DNA of 61,349 nucleotides, taken from positions 1 through 61,349 of IMG/VR virus record IMGVR_UViG_3300028383_000142; one strand, 5' to 3'. The notes under the pieces were generated by a model that was not told where the DNA came from, searched no databases, and saw only the letters and a program-made list of their open reading frames with translations. This DNA comes from a virus. Its lineage: Duplodnaviria; Caudoviricetes. Each line of letters begins with the position of its first letter. Position 1 is the stretch's first letter. Positions 1 to 8,736 of this stretch are shown here, piece after piece. A program made the translations under genes and the position numbers.

Positions 1-1635
1 ACCCGTTGGCAGACCCGATGCTGGGGATGAACCGATGCCACCCTCAAGGCTCTTGTCAGAGACGATCAGCGCATAGCGAAGCCCGGTCTGGTAGTCATCT
101 GCTGCGATGATATTGCCCGTGAGCGTGTCAATCAGCCCGGCAAAGTATCCGCCAGCAACAGGTGCGCCCGTGTAGTTCAGCGCCAGCGCTACAGATAACC
201 CGCCATCAATTTCGTTAGGCTCAAAACCATAGTAATCGGCAATCGCCGTCTTCGCGCCGCTCTCCGTAGTGTCGTAAACCACAACTTCCTGATACCTAAG
301 CGCTGACCCGACCAGATACCCGACTTTGCCGGACAGACCGCTGACATTAACGTACAGCGCTTCAAGATTGCTGGTGTACTCGACGGCTGGCTTACCATTA
401 AACTGCACAACCGATCCACTAATAACAATGCGCGGCAGATCGGGCGCTTGATTCTGCACCGCATCATTCCCATTCCCAGACTGATCGTACCAAGTCGTCA
501 CCAATCCATCGCCCGTGCCGCAGAATCCAGCCAGCGTACCGTCGGTAACCTGCTCGGCCGTGAAGTCCTGCTCGGTGTTATCGCTGCTGCGGCGGACTCG
601 GATGACGGGCTGGTTTAGCCGCGTCTTTGTTAAAGAACGAAGACTGTAGGCAGCAGCCGCGCCGGGGTACACATCAAGGAGGAGTGGTGGTAAACTCGGT
701 GCAACTCCCACTAGTCCAGTGTCCCCGACATCCTCACCCCAAACTCGGAGGGATGACATCGTCCCCATGAACTGGTGACCGAGTTCAAACACCCCGGTAG
801 AGTTAAGAGACGGGGCCGATGTGGGGGCTGTATTCTCCCCAGTAAGTACACCGTTCACTGCCCCGGCTACACGAGAGTCTGTGAACACACCACCAATCGA
901 GAAGGACGAACCGTCGACCAAGGCGTTTGTCCCACTGACCGAATCGTCTCCCGAGTGAGTAAAAGTCACGGTCCCACTCGACTGATCAAGGGTCGCGGCG
1001 AATTGGTTTGACTCGTCTTCGTACCAGCGGTAGAACACCGTCTCGTCCGAATTGGTATGATTCATTCTCCCCGACATCTGAATTGTCGCTCCATTGGTGC
1101 TCGACAGGTCGGGGAGTGATTCGGGATACACGGTGAAGTTATCGCGGTACCGAGTGACGGGAGTGGTCGTGGTTTCGATGTACGAGGAGGGTGATTCACC
1201 GAGTTCGAGTTGACTGTTCGTCACCGTACCCGTCACGGTAACGGTCAGTGTCCCGGTCGAATCGGGTGTAAAGATAAGGGACACGCGATTCTCTTCACCA
1301 GTCCCAGTACCTGAAAGCGATCCAGTATACACGCCCGACAGGCTCACGGACCCGTCGCCCGTAAAGTGGAGTGTGTGCGGGGCGATCGTCGAGATCGTGA
1401 TGTCCTGTGTCGCAGGGGAGGCAGATCCGACGATTAGATTGGTCCGATCCTCACCCTCGATCAGGAGACCGGCGTTCACCCACTCGACACCATCGTACAC
1501 ATGATGATTCGTTCGTGGTGTGTCGGGTCCGACGGTCACAATCGATCCGGTCGAGTCGATGTACGTCGCCTCCGACCCACGTGTATGGGCCACGATATCA
1601 GAGAATGCCTTGGTCGGTTTCGATACTGTTGCCAT
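1..1635 (-). CDS. Multi-domain fibre/spike protein, 3' end outside the window: head-spike/LamG-like N-domain, arabinofuranosidase-B-like lectin domain, then the start of a DUF1566-like domain
   Basis: Not in the ORF track because there is no stop in the window. Translated by hand from ATG 1635 (frame checked at several points): MATVSKPTKAFSDIVAHTRGSEATYID...GLLIEGEDRTNL...QLELGESPSSYIETTTTPVTR...AAAAYSLRSL...VTTWYDQSGNGNDA...GGYFAGLIDT...RYALIVSDKSLEGG. GATAAATA late-promoter-like site at 1675-1682. Confidence 0.8.
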   Translation of the reverse strand, partial: MATVSKPTKAFSDIVAHTRGSEATYIDSTGSIVTVGPDTPRTNHHVYDGVEWVNAGLLIEGEDRTNLIVGSASPATQDITISTIAPHTLHFTGDGSVSLSGVYTGSLSGTGTGEENRVSLIFTPDSTGTLTVTVTGTVTNSQLELGESPSSYIETTTTPVTRYRDNFTVYPESLPDLSSTNGATIQMSGRMNHTNSDETVFYRWYEDESNQFAATLDQSSGTVTFTHSGDDSVSGTNALVDGSSFSIGGVFTDSRVAGAVNGVLTGENTAPTSAPSLNSTGVFELGHQFMGTMSSLRVWGEDVGDTGLVGVAPSLPPLLLDVYPGAAAAYSLRSLTKTRLNQPVIRVRRSSDNTEQDFTAEQVTDGTLAGFCGTGDGLVTTWYDQSGNGNDAVQNQAPDLPRIVISGSVVQFNGKPAVEYTSNLEALYVNVSGLSGKVGYLVGSALRYQEVVVYDTTESGAKTAIADYYGFEPNEIDGGLSVALALNYTGAPVAGGYFAGLIDTLTGNIIAADDYQTGLRYALIVSDKSLEGGIGSSPASGLPTG

Positions 1636-1673
1636 AATCAGATAACTCTGTGTGTCTGTTGCTGTTACTGTGT

Positions 1674-1919
1674 CTATTTATCAGCGAACCAGTCAGTGGC
1701 GAGTGATTCACCATCACCACCTTCCTCGTTCACGACCCGGACAAAGGTGTCGTAGTCTGCATCGATGGGTACCACGGCCTCCTGACAGTCCCACATCGTG
1801 GACAAAGAATCTTCACCATCCATGCCGCTGATTTGCTTTTCCTGATAGTCCCAGTGGACACGGACGACCGGTCCGATCACCTGATACACCGGGAGTTTGT
1901 GTCTTGCGTTTACGAGCAT
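1674..1919 (-). CDS. Small acidic protein, putative tail-fibre assembly/chaperone-type
   Basis: 81-aa ORF with purine-rich RBS (AAGAAGGGG); sits between fibre genes. Confidence 0.6.
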   Translation of the reverse strand: MLVNARHKLPVYQVIGPVVRVHWDYQEKQISGMDGEDSLSTMWDCQEAVVPIDADYDTFVRVVNEEGGDGESLATDWFADK

Positions 1920-2320
1920 TTGATTATTTCCCCTTCTTGATTTTCGGAATTGTGTACGGTCGATTCATATCTCTGTATCGACTTGACGGTTGACTGGTTA
2001 AAAAAAATGATGCGCCTGACATCGTGGGTGAGGTACTTATTCCACAGCTCTCTCGCATTACAAGGGTTGCGATCAATGTGATCTACTTCCATTTCGTAAG
2101 AAATGTCGCCATAATGCCAAGTCCAGATTAAACGACTAAGCCGATAAGTGACGCCACTAATTGCAACTCGCCAATAGCCGTTACTGTTCTGGTTTCCGGC
2201 GACACGCCCTTTAACCGATCTTGGGCCTCTGGTAAATCTGTTTATTAGAGCGCCGTCTTCTCGGTAGTCAAAAAGATGGCGAACCTCTGATTGTGAAAGG
2301 TGATTTTTAAATTTAGGCAC
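1910..2320 (-). pseudogene. Truncated HNH homing endonuclease fused to an unrelated, RT-C-terminus-like tail
   Basis: GTG start with AAGGAG RBS; AGNQNSNGYWRVAI...SRLIWTWHYG...EVDHIDRNPCN. The expected N-x-x-x-NL of HNH_3 is replaced by CNARELWNKYLTHDVRRII. Confidence 0.7.
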
Positions 2321-2366
2321 GGTCTCTCCTTAGTTTTTACCACACATTATTTTACCATCTTTTTCA

Positions 2367-3491
2367 TTAGAAACTCAAGCGCCCACCGACATCACGAGCA
2401 ACACCAGAAGAATCACGCCTCACAACCCATAAGAACGCACCCGCAGCAGCGCCCAGATTAGCACTACCGCCAAAATTAGCGACACGGTTGCCTGTGTTTT
2501 GAAAGAAATCATCTGTTAAAAATGTAGAAGATGACCCTCCTACCGAGTCTGGAATAAAAGCACCGCCGATATTTTGGATATCTGTTACAAAACCATCACT
2601 TGATGGCATGGCATCGCCAATCTGCTCGTAATTTGTCGTGGTGTCGTCTGCAAAGGTCGTGTCGTCATTATTTACATAAGGAACTAGATCAATAATGTTA
2701 AACCCGTCAACAAAGTCTCGGCAGTTACCGTAGAAGTTCTCGATACCACGGTAGGACATATAGGCTGTACCGGGCTTGGCACCCGCAGAAGGCTGGCTAC
2801 CATCGGTAGAGGCGTTACCCCAGCTATTAGATGCACCCGCAACAGTGTGCGGCGAGTCGTTCTGGTCAGCACTTGATCCGAGGTACGAGCCGTTAGTGTT
2901 ACCGTCACCCAGATTAGCCTGAGAGTTGAAGTCACCGTACTCGACAATGTATAGCATCTGCACAGCAGAAGTCAGCCAGAAATCCTGCTGTCTCCACCCT
3001 GCGCCACGGTTAGCAGCAAGCGCCCGGAACTCATCACGCTCTAGGCCCACCATCGGGTAGATGCCAGAGACAGATGCCAGCTTATCATTGGCCAGATCGA
3101 CATTGCCGATGTTCTCATCAAGGTTGAGGCCAGCAATGTAGGTTCCAGCAGAGTCATCGTACACACAGGCATCGTAAGCGCCCATGTACCGGTAATCGAC
3201 CTCGATACCGTTCTTGATAAACGCGGGGTGCAGGTCAAATCCCTCTGCCGGGCTGGTCCGCACTTTCCATGACCGGTTATCACCCAAGTACTCGAACCGA
3301 AAGTAGAACTTCGGGATCTGGACCATCACCTGCCCGTCAGTCCCATCGAGGTTCGCTGCACTTCCGTCCTCCTTGAGTGTCGTGTCAGTCGGGTCACAGA
3401 AGTAGTTTACGGTCCCGTCGTCTAGGAGAAGACACCGCCGCATACCTTCCCATGGGCGGTGGAGTGGTACTGTTGCTGTATTAGTTGCCAT
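2367..3491 (-). CDS. Major-tropism-determinant-like (C-type lectin fold) receptor-binding protein; DGR target-type
   Basis: MRRCLL..DGTDGQVMVQIPKFY..LHPAF..GAYDA..LYIVEY..YRGIENFYGN..DG, ending in VR-like RVANFGGSANLGAAAGAF...GGRLSF*. Confidence 0.85.
   Translation of the reverse strand: MATNTATVPLHRPWEGMRRCLLLDDGTVNYFCDPTDTTLKEDGSAANLDGTDGQVMVQIPKFYFRFEYLGDNRSWKVRTSPAEGFDLHPAFIKNGIEVDYRYMGAYDACVYDDSAGTYIAGLNLDENIGNVDLANDKLASVSGIYPMVGLERDEFRALAANRGAGWRQQDFWLTSAVQMLYIVEYGDFNSQANLGDGNTNGSYLGSSADQNDSPHTVAGASNSWGNASTDGSQPSAGAKPGTAYMSYRGIENFYGNCRDFVDGFNIIDLVPYVNNDDTTFADDTTTNYEQIGDAMPSSDGFVTDIQNIGGAFIPDSVGGSSSTFLTDDFFQNTGNRVANFGGSANLGAAAGAFLWVVRRDSSGVARDVGGRLSF
2370..2490 (-). other. Putative DGR variable region (VR)
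   Basis: Constant GGC GGT..GGC GCT..GCG GGT GCG TTC..TGG..GGT GGG CGC frame with mostly NNT codons (AAT, AGT, GCT, GTT, CGT, GAT, GGT) at the usual AAY positions. Confidence 0.6.
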
Positions 3492-5275
3492 TACGCGTAG
3501 ATCCTCTGGTCGTATGTGTCGTTAACTGAATCCCATGTCACGATCGAGTATGCCTCGGAGTCTGGGTCAGAATAGAGTGTCTGGGTGTATGTATCGGTCG
3601 CGGAGTTCCAACTGACGAACGAGTAATCACCCGAGTCGTCGTTCGGGTCGGATACCTCGGAGTAGTAGTCCGCGAGCATGTTGATCGTCGTGTCTGCAAG
3701 GTTCTGGCCATTCAGATTGACGGTCCAGTCCCGCATCACCAGTTCTTCGAGTGGTGGACACGACCGGTACGGTGCCGGTGCATTGGTTCCACCGTCGATC
3801 CCGATAATGCCGTCGTTGAGGTCATGACCCCGTGCCGAGAATGCAATCGACACCAGCACATTATCCACCGAGGTCTGATCGAGTGCGTTGTTGTTGAAAA
3901 CGCGGTCGTAGTTTGTGGCTTGTGTCTGCGTGTCGAACACCCCAGCCGGAACCGTTGTGATAGAATTGTTTTGAAACGCAAACGCAAACGCAAACCCCCT
4001 GATGTTAATCGGAGTCGCAAAAAGTCCGGCAGGAACCGACGTCAAATTATTACCTGCAAAACCACCGGGCAGCTCCACCAGATCAGGATTATTGACAAAT
4101 AAATTTTCGGGTATCGACCCGATTTGGTTATCGCCAAAAATACTTCTATTGTCTCTACTAGAATCTGGCTGCGATATATATTTAAGATTTGGGTTGTTTG
4201 CAAAAAGACTTTCTGGTATCGAAGTTATTTGGTTATTATTAAAAACCCTGCCTACTTTTTCTAAAGAAGTGAGCGAAGAAAATATATTTGCAGGTATATT
4301 AGTGATGTTGTTGTTGTGAAATATAGACTCAATTTCAACAATGCCACTTGCATTTGGTATATTATTAAATATGTCTTCCGGTACAGATTCGATAGAATTA
4401 GACTCAAAAGTGCCAGACCCAGTGATGGCCGAACTACCAAGCTCGGGAATTGTTGAAAGATTTGAAAAAAGCCCCGCAGGGATGGATGTGAGGTTGTTGA
4501 AGCTGAATGTCTGGAGAAATATCGTCGCGTTCACATTGTTGTCGAACAACCCCGGAGGGATGGATGTGAGGTTGTTGAAGATGAATGTCGCGCTAAAACT
4601 CGTCACGTTCACATTGTTGTCAAACAGCCCTGCCGGGATGGATGTGAGGGAGTTTTCGCGGAATGTCGCGCTAAAACTCGTCACGTTCACATTGTTGTCA
4701 AACAGCCCTGCCGGGATGGATTTTAGGTTGTTGTCGCGGAATGTCCCGCCAAACGTCGTTACGTTCGGATTGTTGTCGAACAGCCCAGCGGGTATGGATG
4801 TGAGGGAGTTTTCGCGGAATGTCGAGCCAAAACTCGTCACCTGATCGTTTGCAGATAAAAGTGGGACTACTGAGTTGATATCCACCTCTGGACGACCATA
4901 GAACAATTCGGACCAATCGGTCTGGTCGATCTCGATCTTCCGATTCCGATTTCGCTTCAGTTCATCAAGGAAGAACGCGTACTCCGAATCCGTGAGTGTC
5001 CGGTCAAAGAGGATAAACTCCTCGATGTTCCAGAGTGACTGGTACGGGCGATATTCATACACCCCGGCGGGGATCGATACCTCGACGCGGAATGTCCCCT
5101 GTGTGGTCACATGAACCATCGTCCCCTCGACTGGCTCGGACAGGTTGGTCTTGAGCCGCTGTCCCGAACCGTCGAACTCCAGATAATCGACCGTCACACC
5201 ATTCCGGGTAAGCTGCCTCCAGATCGGGCGCTCTCCAGAAACGTCGGAGTACCATTCAAATGTTCTTGCTGCCAT
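3491..5275 (-). CDS. BspA/TpLRR-like leucine-rich-repeat virion/adhesin protein
   Basis: About 13 LRRs of type F-x-x-N-x-L-T-S-I-P-A-G-L-F-x-N-N-x-N; capped by LDQTSVDNVLVSI; TAATG overlap with the Mtd-like gene. Confidence 0.85.
   Translation of the reverse strand: MAARTFEWYSDVSGERPIWRQLTRNGVTVDYLEFDGSGQRLKTNLSEPVEGTMVHVTTQGTFRVEVSIPAGVYEYRPYQSLWNIEEFILFDRTLTDSEYAFFLDELKRNRNRKIEIDQTDWSELFYGRPEVDINSVVPLLSANDQVTSFGSTFRENSLTSIPAGLFDNNPNVTTFGGTFRDNNLKSIPAGLFDNNVNVTSFSATFRENSLTSIPAGLFDNNVNVTSFSATFIFNNLTSIPPGLFDNNVNATIFLQTFSFNNLTSIPAGLFSNLSTIPELGSSAITGSGTFESNSIESVPEDIFNNIPNASGIVEIESIFHNNNITNIPANIFSSLTSLEKVGRVFNNNQITSIPESLFANNPNLKYISQPDSSRDNRSIFGDNQIGSIPENLFVNNPDLVELPGGFAGNNLTSVPAGLFATPINIRGFAFAFAFQNNSITTVPAGVFDTQTQATNYDRVFNNNALDQTSVDNVLVSIAFSARGHDLNDGIIGIDGGTNAPAPYRSCPPLEELVMRDWTVNLNGQNLADTTINMLADYYSEVSDPNDDSGDYSFVSWNSATDTYTQTLYSDPDSEAYSIVTWDSVNDTYDQRIYA
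3974..3995. repeat. In-frame hexanucleotide microsatellite (AAACGC)x3+AAAC encoding FAFAFAF
   Basis: Read directly from the sequence. Confidence 0.85.
4481..4845. repeat. About five tandem 78-bp coding repeats (26-aa LRR unit)
   Basis: (G/T)ATGGAT anchor at 4481, 4559, 4637, 4715 and 4793 (period 78); copies 2 and 3 are largely identical at DNA level. Confidence 0.9.
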
Positions 5276-5281
5276 GTCTGT

Positions 5282-5479
5282 TTAGTCCTGAATTTCGTAT
5301 ACTGTTCTGATCAGACCGACCGAGTCACCCGTCGATGATACGGGCGTCGTCCCGCCCGAATCCGTGAACATATTATTGGTCCCATCGACCTGCATTGCCG
5401 TGATAGTCCGCTTTGAGACAGTAGCATCAATGTTTCCAATCACGACCCTGCGTTTTGTGTTTAATGTGACTTGTGCCAT
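5282..5479 (-). CDS. Small fibre-associated protein carrying the first half of a LamG-like motif (MFTDSGGTTPVSSTGDSVGLI)
   Basis: 65-aa ORF; a similar motif (NNMFLDSDGNSKVQTSGDPVGLV) occurs in 14719..18564. Confidence 0.6.
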   Translation of the reverse strand: MAQVTLNTKRRVVIGNIDATVSKRTITAMQVDGTNNMFTDSGGTTPVSSTGDSVGLIRTVYEIQD

Positions 5480-5485
5480 CTGTCG

Positions 5486-6100
5486 TTATACCACTATAAA
5501 ATATACACGGGTTTCTGCTGTCGGTGCAGCGTCGCCAAACAACTCGAATGATCCGTCCGATACAACGACCGAAACCGACTTCATTCCCGAATCATTTGAT
5601 CCAACCGTTGCAACGACGACAGAGTCAGGAGTGACCAACCTGTTTGTCACGACGACCGAGGAATCGCCGGGACCAAAGTTTACTGACCCGGCTGCATACG
5701 AGAGTGCGGCATCCCCGGTGTCACCGCTTGGTTTGTTTTTCTTGATCAGGGATAGTTCATCGACTTCCAGCGTACCGAGAAACAAGGCATCGGACACCGA
5801 GCCAGATTCTTCGAGTACTCGGATAACATCCCCGCCACCCACGACAAGAGAAAGGGCATTATCGCCGATTCGATACATCCCCGTATCTGGGTCATTCTCA
5901 AATGAAAATGCCGGTTCGATGGCGGACCCATCGGATGCAAATCGAATCGGCTCGTGATACCGAATCTGATTTGACGATGTCTTGTAGTACAGTCGGTTGT
6001 CTGTGTAGTTAAGTGCTACCTCACCGTACTGAAGATCTGATGTCTCGGGCACCTTGCCGGATACCGACGACTTTTTGAGGAGAACGCGATTGTTCGCCAT
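5486..6100 (-). CDS. Short tail fibre protein
   Basis: Fibre attachment motif LKKSSVSGKVP..LQYGEVALNYTD.RLYYK and DGSAxxPAFSFxxDPDTGMYR repeat; RBS AAGGAG. Confidence 0.75.
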   Translation of the reverse strand: MANNRVLLKKSSVSGKVPETSDLQYGEVALNYTDNRLYYKTSSNQIRYHEPIRFASDGSAIEPAFSFENDPDTGMYRIGDNALSLVVGGGDVIRVLEESGSVSDALFLGTLEVDELSLIKKNKPSGDTGDAALSYAAGSVNFGPGDSSVVVTNRLVTPDSVVVATVGSNDSGMKSVSVVVSDGSFELFGDAAPTAETRVYFIVV

Positions 6101-6165
6101 AGATAGACTGTCTCCTTAATAAAGGAATCAGAGGGGTATAATAATACCTGTGCAATAGATAGTAC

Positions 6166-6173
6166 TATTTATA
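6166..6173 (-). promoter_or_regulatory. T4-type late promoter TATAAATA
   Basis: tatttata on the + strand, upstream of the gene starting at 6100. Confidence 0.75.
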
Positions 6174-6177
6174 CGTT

Positions 6178-8097
6178 TTAGTATGTACCACCGTCGATTT
6201 CAAACCCATCAAGTGCAGAAGTCTCTGCCCCCGATCCCGTGATATTCTGTCCAACAAACACGTCCTTGACGATACCAACACCGCCTTCAACCACAAGTGC
6301 TCCGGTCGAAATGGACGTTGATTCTGCTGTAGATGCGATTGCTGCATTCCCACCCACGACAAAGTCTTTTTCAACGACTCCGCCGCCAGCGACAAGAAAC
6401 GGGGCGGAATCGACCGATCCGTCTCCATTAAAAGTGATATTGTCGGTCGACGTGATCTCAAGGTCAATTGAAGCAACAAGAGATGTGATCGACACATTCT
6501 CATTGAGATTAAACTCAGTACCATCAAGAGATAGGTTTGACCCGGCCGTGAACGTCCCGGCACCCGAAAACTGCACCCACACGATGTCACCACGTGTAGA
6601 AAAGCCATTAGTGTCAGACGTGGCATCGGTCGACCCCAAGACAAAATCAGATGGAGTGGTTGCGACCCATCCGGTATTTAAGTATTGGGAGCCGCCCACG
6701 ACGAATTCAAATGCCCCAAGAACCTCTTCGGTTTCGTTGCAGAATTCACACCGCTGGATTACCCAATTGGTTGTCGAATCGCCCTTTGTGACCAGAACAT
6801 ACGAACCATTCTCGTGCAGGTTGCTCTGGTCCTTGACCAGAATATTATCGCCAACCGATACCTCCACACCATCAATGTTGGGGAAAGCACCGGGGCTTGA
6901 ACTACTGATGGTTCCAGCACCAGAGTCGTATACCCCGACCAGTTCTTGTGTTGTCGCCACGTCGGCTGAGGGAAGTGCTTGAAGCCCCTGTGCGACATTA
7001 TCGACGTACTGTTTGTTCGCCGCGTCTTTACTGTTCGACGGAGCGTTTACATTAACGATCCGCGAATCATCTGCATCCACGACCCCTGATCCATCCGGTG
7101 ATATTACAACATCTCCATCAGTACTGGTCGCCGAAATAGTGTTGCCGTTGATGCGGATGTTATCGACATCAATCTGGTTAAGACCATCGATCGAACTGGT
7201 TGTCGATCCGAGATCAAGGGTAGATGAACCAAGTGTGATTGACTTGGCCGACACCTCGGCATCCCCGGAAACCAAAAAGTTAGTAGAGTCAAAAGAAGCA
7301 ACACCTTTCTGAGTCGCCGAAGCATCTTCGATCGAGACAGTAACGGTTTCGGTCGTGGTTCCGGGATCAGAAACCTCAACGGTAAGTGGGCCAGATCCCG
7401 TAAAGTTTATTGTATTGTCAAGAAGATCGACCTGACCACTCGTTCCATTGTCGCCAGAAATCGACAAGGATGTTGCAACATCTTTTTCACTTGCACTGGT
7501 AATTCGACCGCTAGCATCAATCGCAATCTGTGGGATCTTGGACTCAGAACCATATGTCTGTGGGACGACACCCGTCTCGACAAGATCAATGGTCGTGGTC
7601 CCAGTGGGATCATCGTACGAAACAGAAACGGCACTCGGGGTTCCTTCGATCTGACCACCTGAAATGTCTTCGATGTATTCCTGAATTGATCTGACGGTCG
7701 CACCATCATCGACGTACAGATTCCCAGCTACCGTGCGACCCGCGCCATCTGGTGAAAGGTTAATGTCTCCGTTACTGTCGGTCGATGTGATTGTATTGCC
7801 ATCGAACCCGAGATTATCGACATAAAATTCGTTGATCTTTTTATTCGAGTCAACAAGAACGGCAGAATCGGTGGTCAGTGTACCAAGAGCATGATCGAGT
7901 TTGGAAGTGAAATACTCACCACCGATGACAATGTGGTTTGAAGCATTACCATTGGTTTCGGTACCAAATCCAATGTATAAACGATCTCCCCCCTGAACAG
8001 CCGAACTATCGGCGGCAGAGTATGCAAGTTCACCGGCCCCAAGAGTGGACGGATTACCTGCTACGCCAGACCGTTTTATTCTAATCGTAGAAGCCAT
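6178..8097 (-). CDS. Tail fibre protein
   Basis: MASTIRIKRS...LGAGELAYS; DAANKQYVD; ILVKDQ..ENGSY; WVQFSGAG; ends IDGGTY. Confidence 0.85.
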   Translation of the reverse strand: MASTIRIKRSGVAGNPSTLGAGELAYSAADSSAVQGGDRLYIGFGTETNGNASNHIVIGGEYFTSKLDHALGTLTTDSAVLVDSNKKINEFYVDNLGFDGNTITSTDSNGDINLSPDGAGRTVAGNLYVDDGATVRSIQEYIEDISGGQIEGTPSAVSVSYDDPTGTTTIDLVETGVVPQTYGSESKIPQIAIDASGRITSASEKDVATSLSISGDNGTSGQVDLLDNTINFTGSGPLTVEVSDPGTTTETVTVSIEDASATQKGVASFDSTNFLVSGDAEVSAKSITLGSSTLDLGSTTSSIDGLNQIDVDNIRINGNTISATSTDGDVVISPDGSGVVDADDSRIVNVNAPSNSKDAANKQYVDNVAQGLQALPSADVATTQELVGVYDSGAGTISSSSPGAFPNIDGVEVSVGDNILVKDQSNLHENGSYVLVTKGDSTTNWVIQRCEFCNETEEVLGAFEFVVGGSQYLNTGWVATTPSDFVLGSTDATSDTNGFSTRGDIVWVQFSGAGTFTAGSNLSLDGTEFNLNENVSITSLVASIDLEITSTDNITFNGDGSVDSAPFLVAGGGVVEKDFVVGGNAAIASTAESTSISTGALVVEGGVGIVKDVFVGQNITGSGAETSALDGFEIDGGTY

Positions 8098-8312
8098 TAA
8101 AATTCCCCACCTTCGATATTCTGTTCGTTAAGATTTCGAGTTGCTCGCCACTCTCCTTGGTTTGTATCGTACACGAGAGTCGCACCGTCTGTCAGTTGTG
8201 AAAAGTCAATGTTCTCAAAGTCTTCTAGTTTTCGGATAATCGAAAATGTAGATCGTACTTTGATGTTATCGTTTTTTTGCCTAAGGACAATTTTGTTGTT
8301 CGTTGATGCCAT
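8097..8312 (-). CDS. Small virion protein (fibre connector-like, ends IEGGEF)
   Basis: 71 aa, DGATLVYD..W motif, translationally coupled (TAATG). Confidence 0.7.
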   Translation of the reverse strand: MASTNNKIVLRQKNDNIKVRSTFSIIRKLEDFENIDFSQLTDGATLVYDTNQGEWRATRNLNEQNIEGGEF

Positions 8313-8314
8313 TT

Positions 8315-8653
8315 TTACGCCCTTGTCACACTTGGGACTATCTCGACTTGTCCTTCGATTAGTTTGTACGAGTCGCCGCCACCTTGATCGATAGCGTATA
8401 TATCGTACACATATCTACCCGATCGCATAACAGATGTTACTTCTGAATCGAGTGACACGGCAAAATACCCTGTCGATGGATCTATAACATGGATTTCAAA
8501 ATCGTATGCCGTCTCAGACATATATGTCCTGCGTATCTGTCCCCGCACATCAACACCACTAAAATCGACAGGATCCAGTCGTTCGGACGCAACTTCAAAC
8601 GTCGTATGGAAATCCGAACCTTGGTCGATGTAGATATTTGCGTATGTCGCCAT
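8315..8653 (-). CDS. Conserved T4-like virion/baseplate adaptor protein (Ig-like)
   Basis: MATYANIYIDQGSDF...GQIRRTY...GRYVYD...EGQVEIVPSVTR. Confidence 0.75.
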   Translation of the reverse strand: MATYANIYIDQGSDFHTTFEVASERLDPVDFSGVDVRGQIRRTYMSETAYDFEIHVIDPSTGYFAVSLDSEVTSVMRSGRYVYDIYAIDQGGGDSYKLIEGQVEIVPSVTRA

Positions 8654-8678
8654 TATAGATTCTTTCCTGTTTACCTAC

Positions 8679-8686
8679 TATTTATA
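8679..8686 (-). promoter_or_regulatory. T4-type late promoter TATAAATA
   Basis: tatttata about 25 nt upstream of ATG 8653. Confidence 0.75.
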
Positions 8687-8736
8687 AATCCAATGGATTC
8701 TGGATTCGTGTCCAAGAATAATGCAGCAATTCAGAT

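Noticed and set aside
2000-2007. A8/T8 tract as a phase-variation or frameshift site
   Set aside because: It lies in a probably non-functional fused tail and has no supporting signal.
1636-2366. DGR template repeat or intact reverse transcriptase
   Set aside because: No AAY-rich copy of the VR and no YxDD-containing RT ORF found here or in the ORF track; only a possible C-terminal stub.
4481-4845. Regularly spaced repeats as a CRISPR array
   Set aside because: The 78-bp units are contiguous in-frame LRR codons with no unique spacers and no cas genes.
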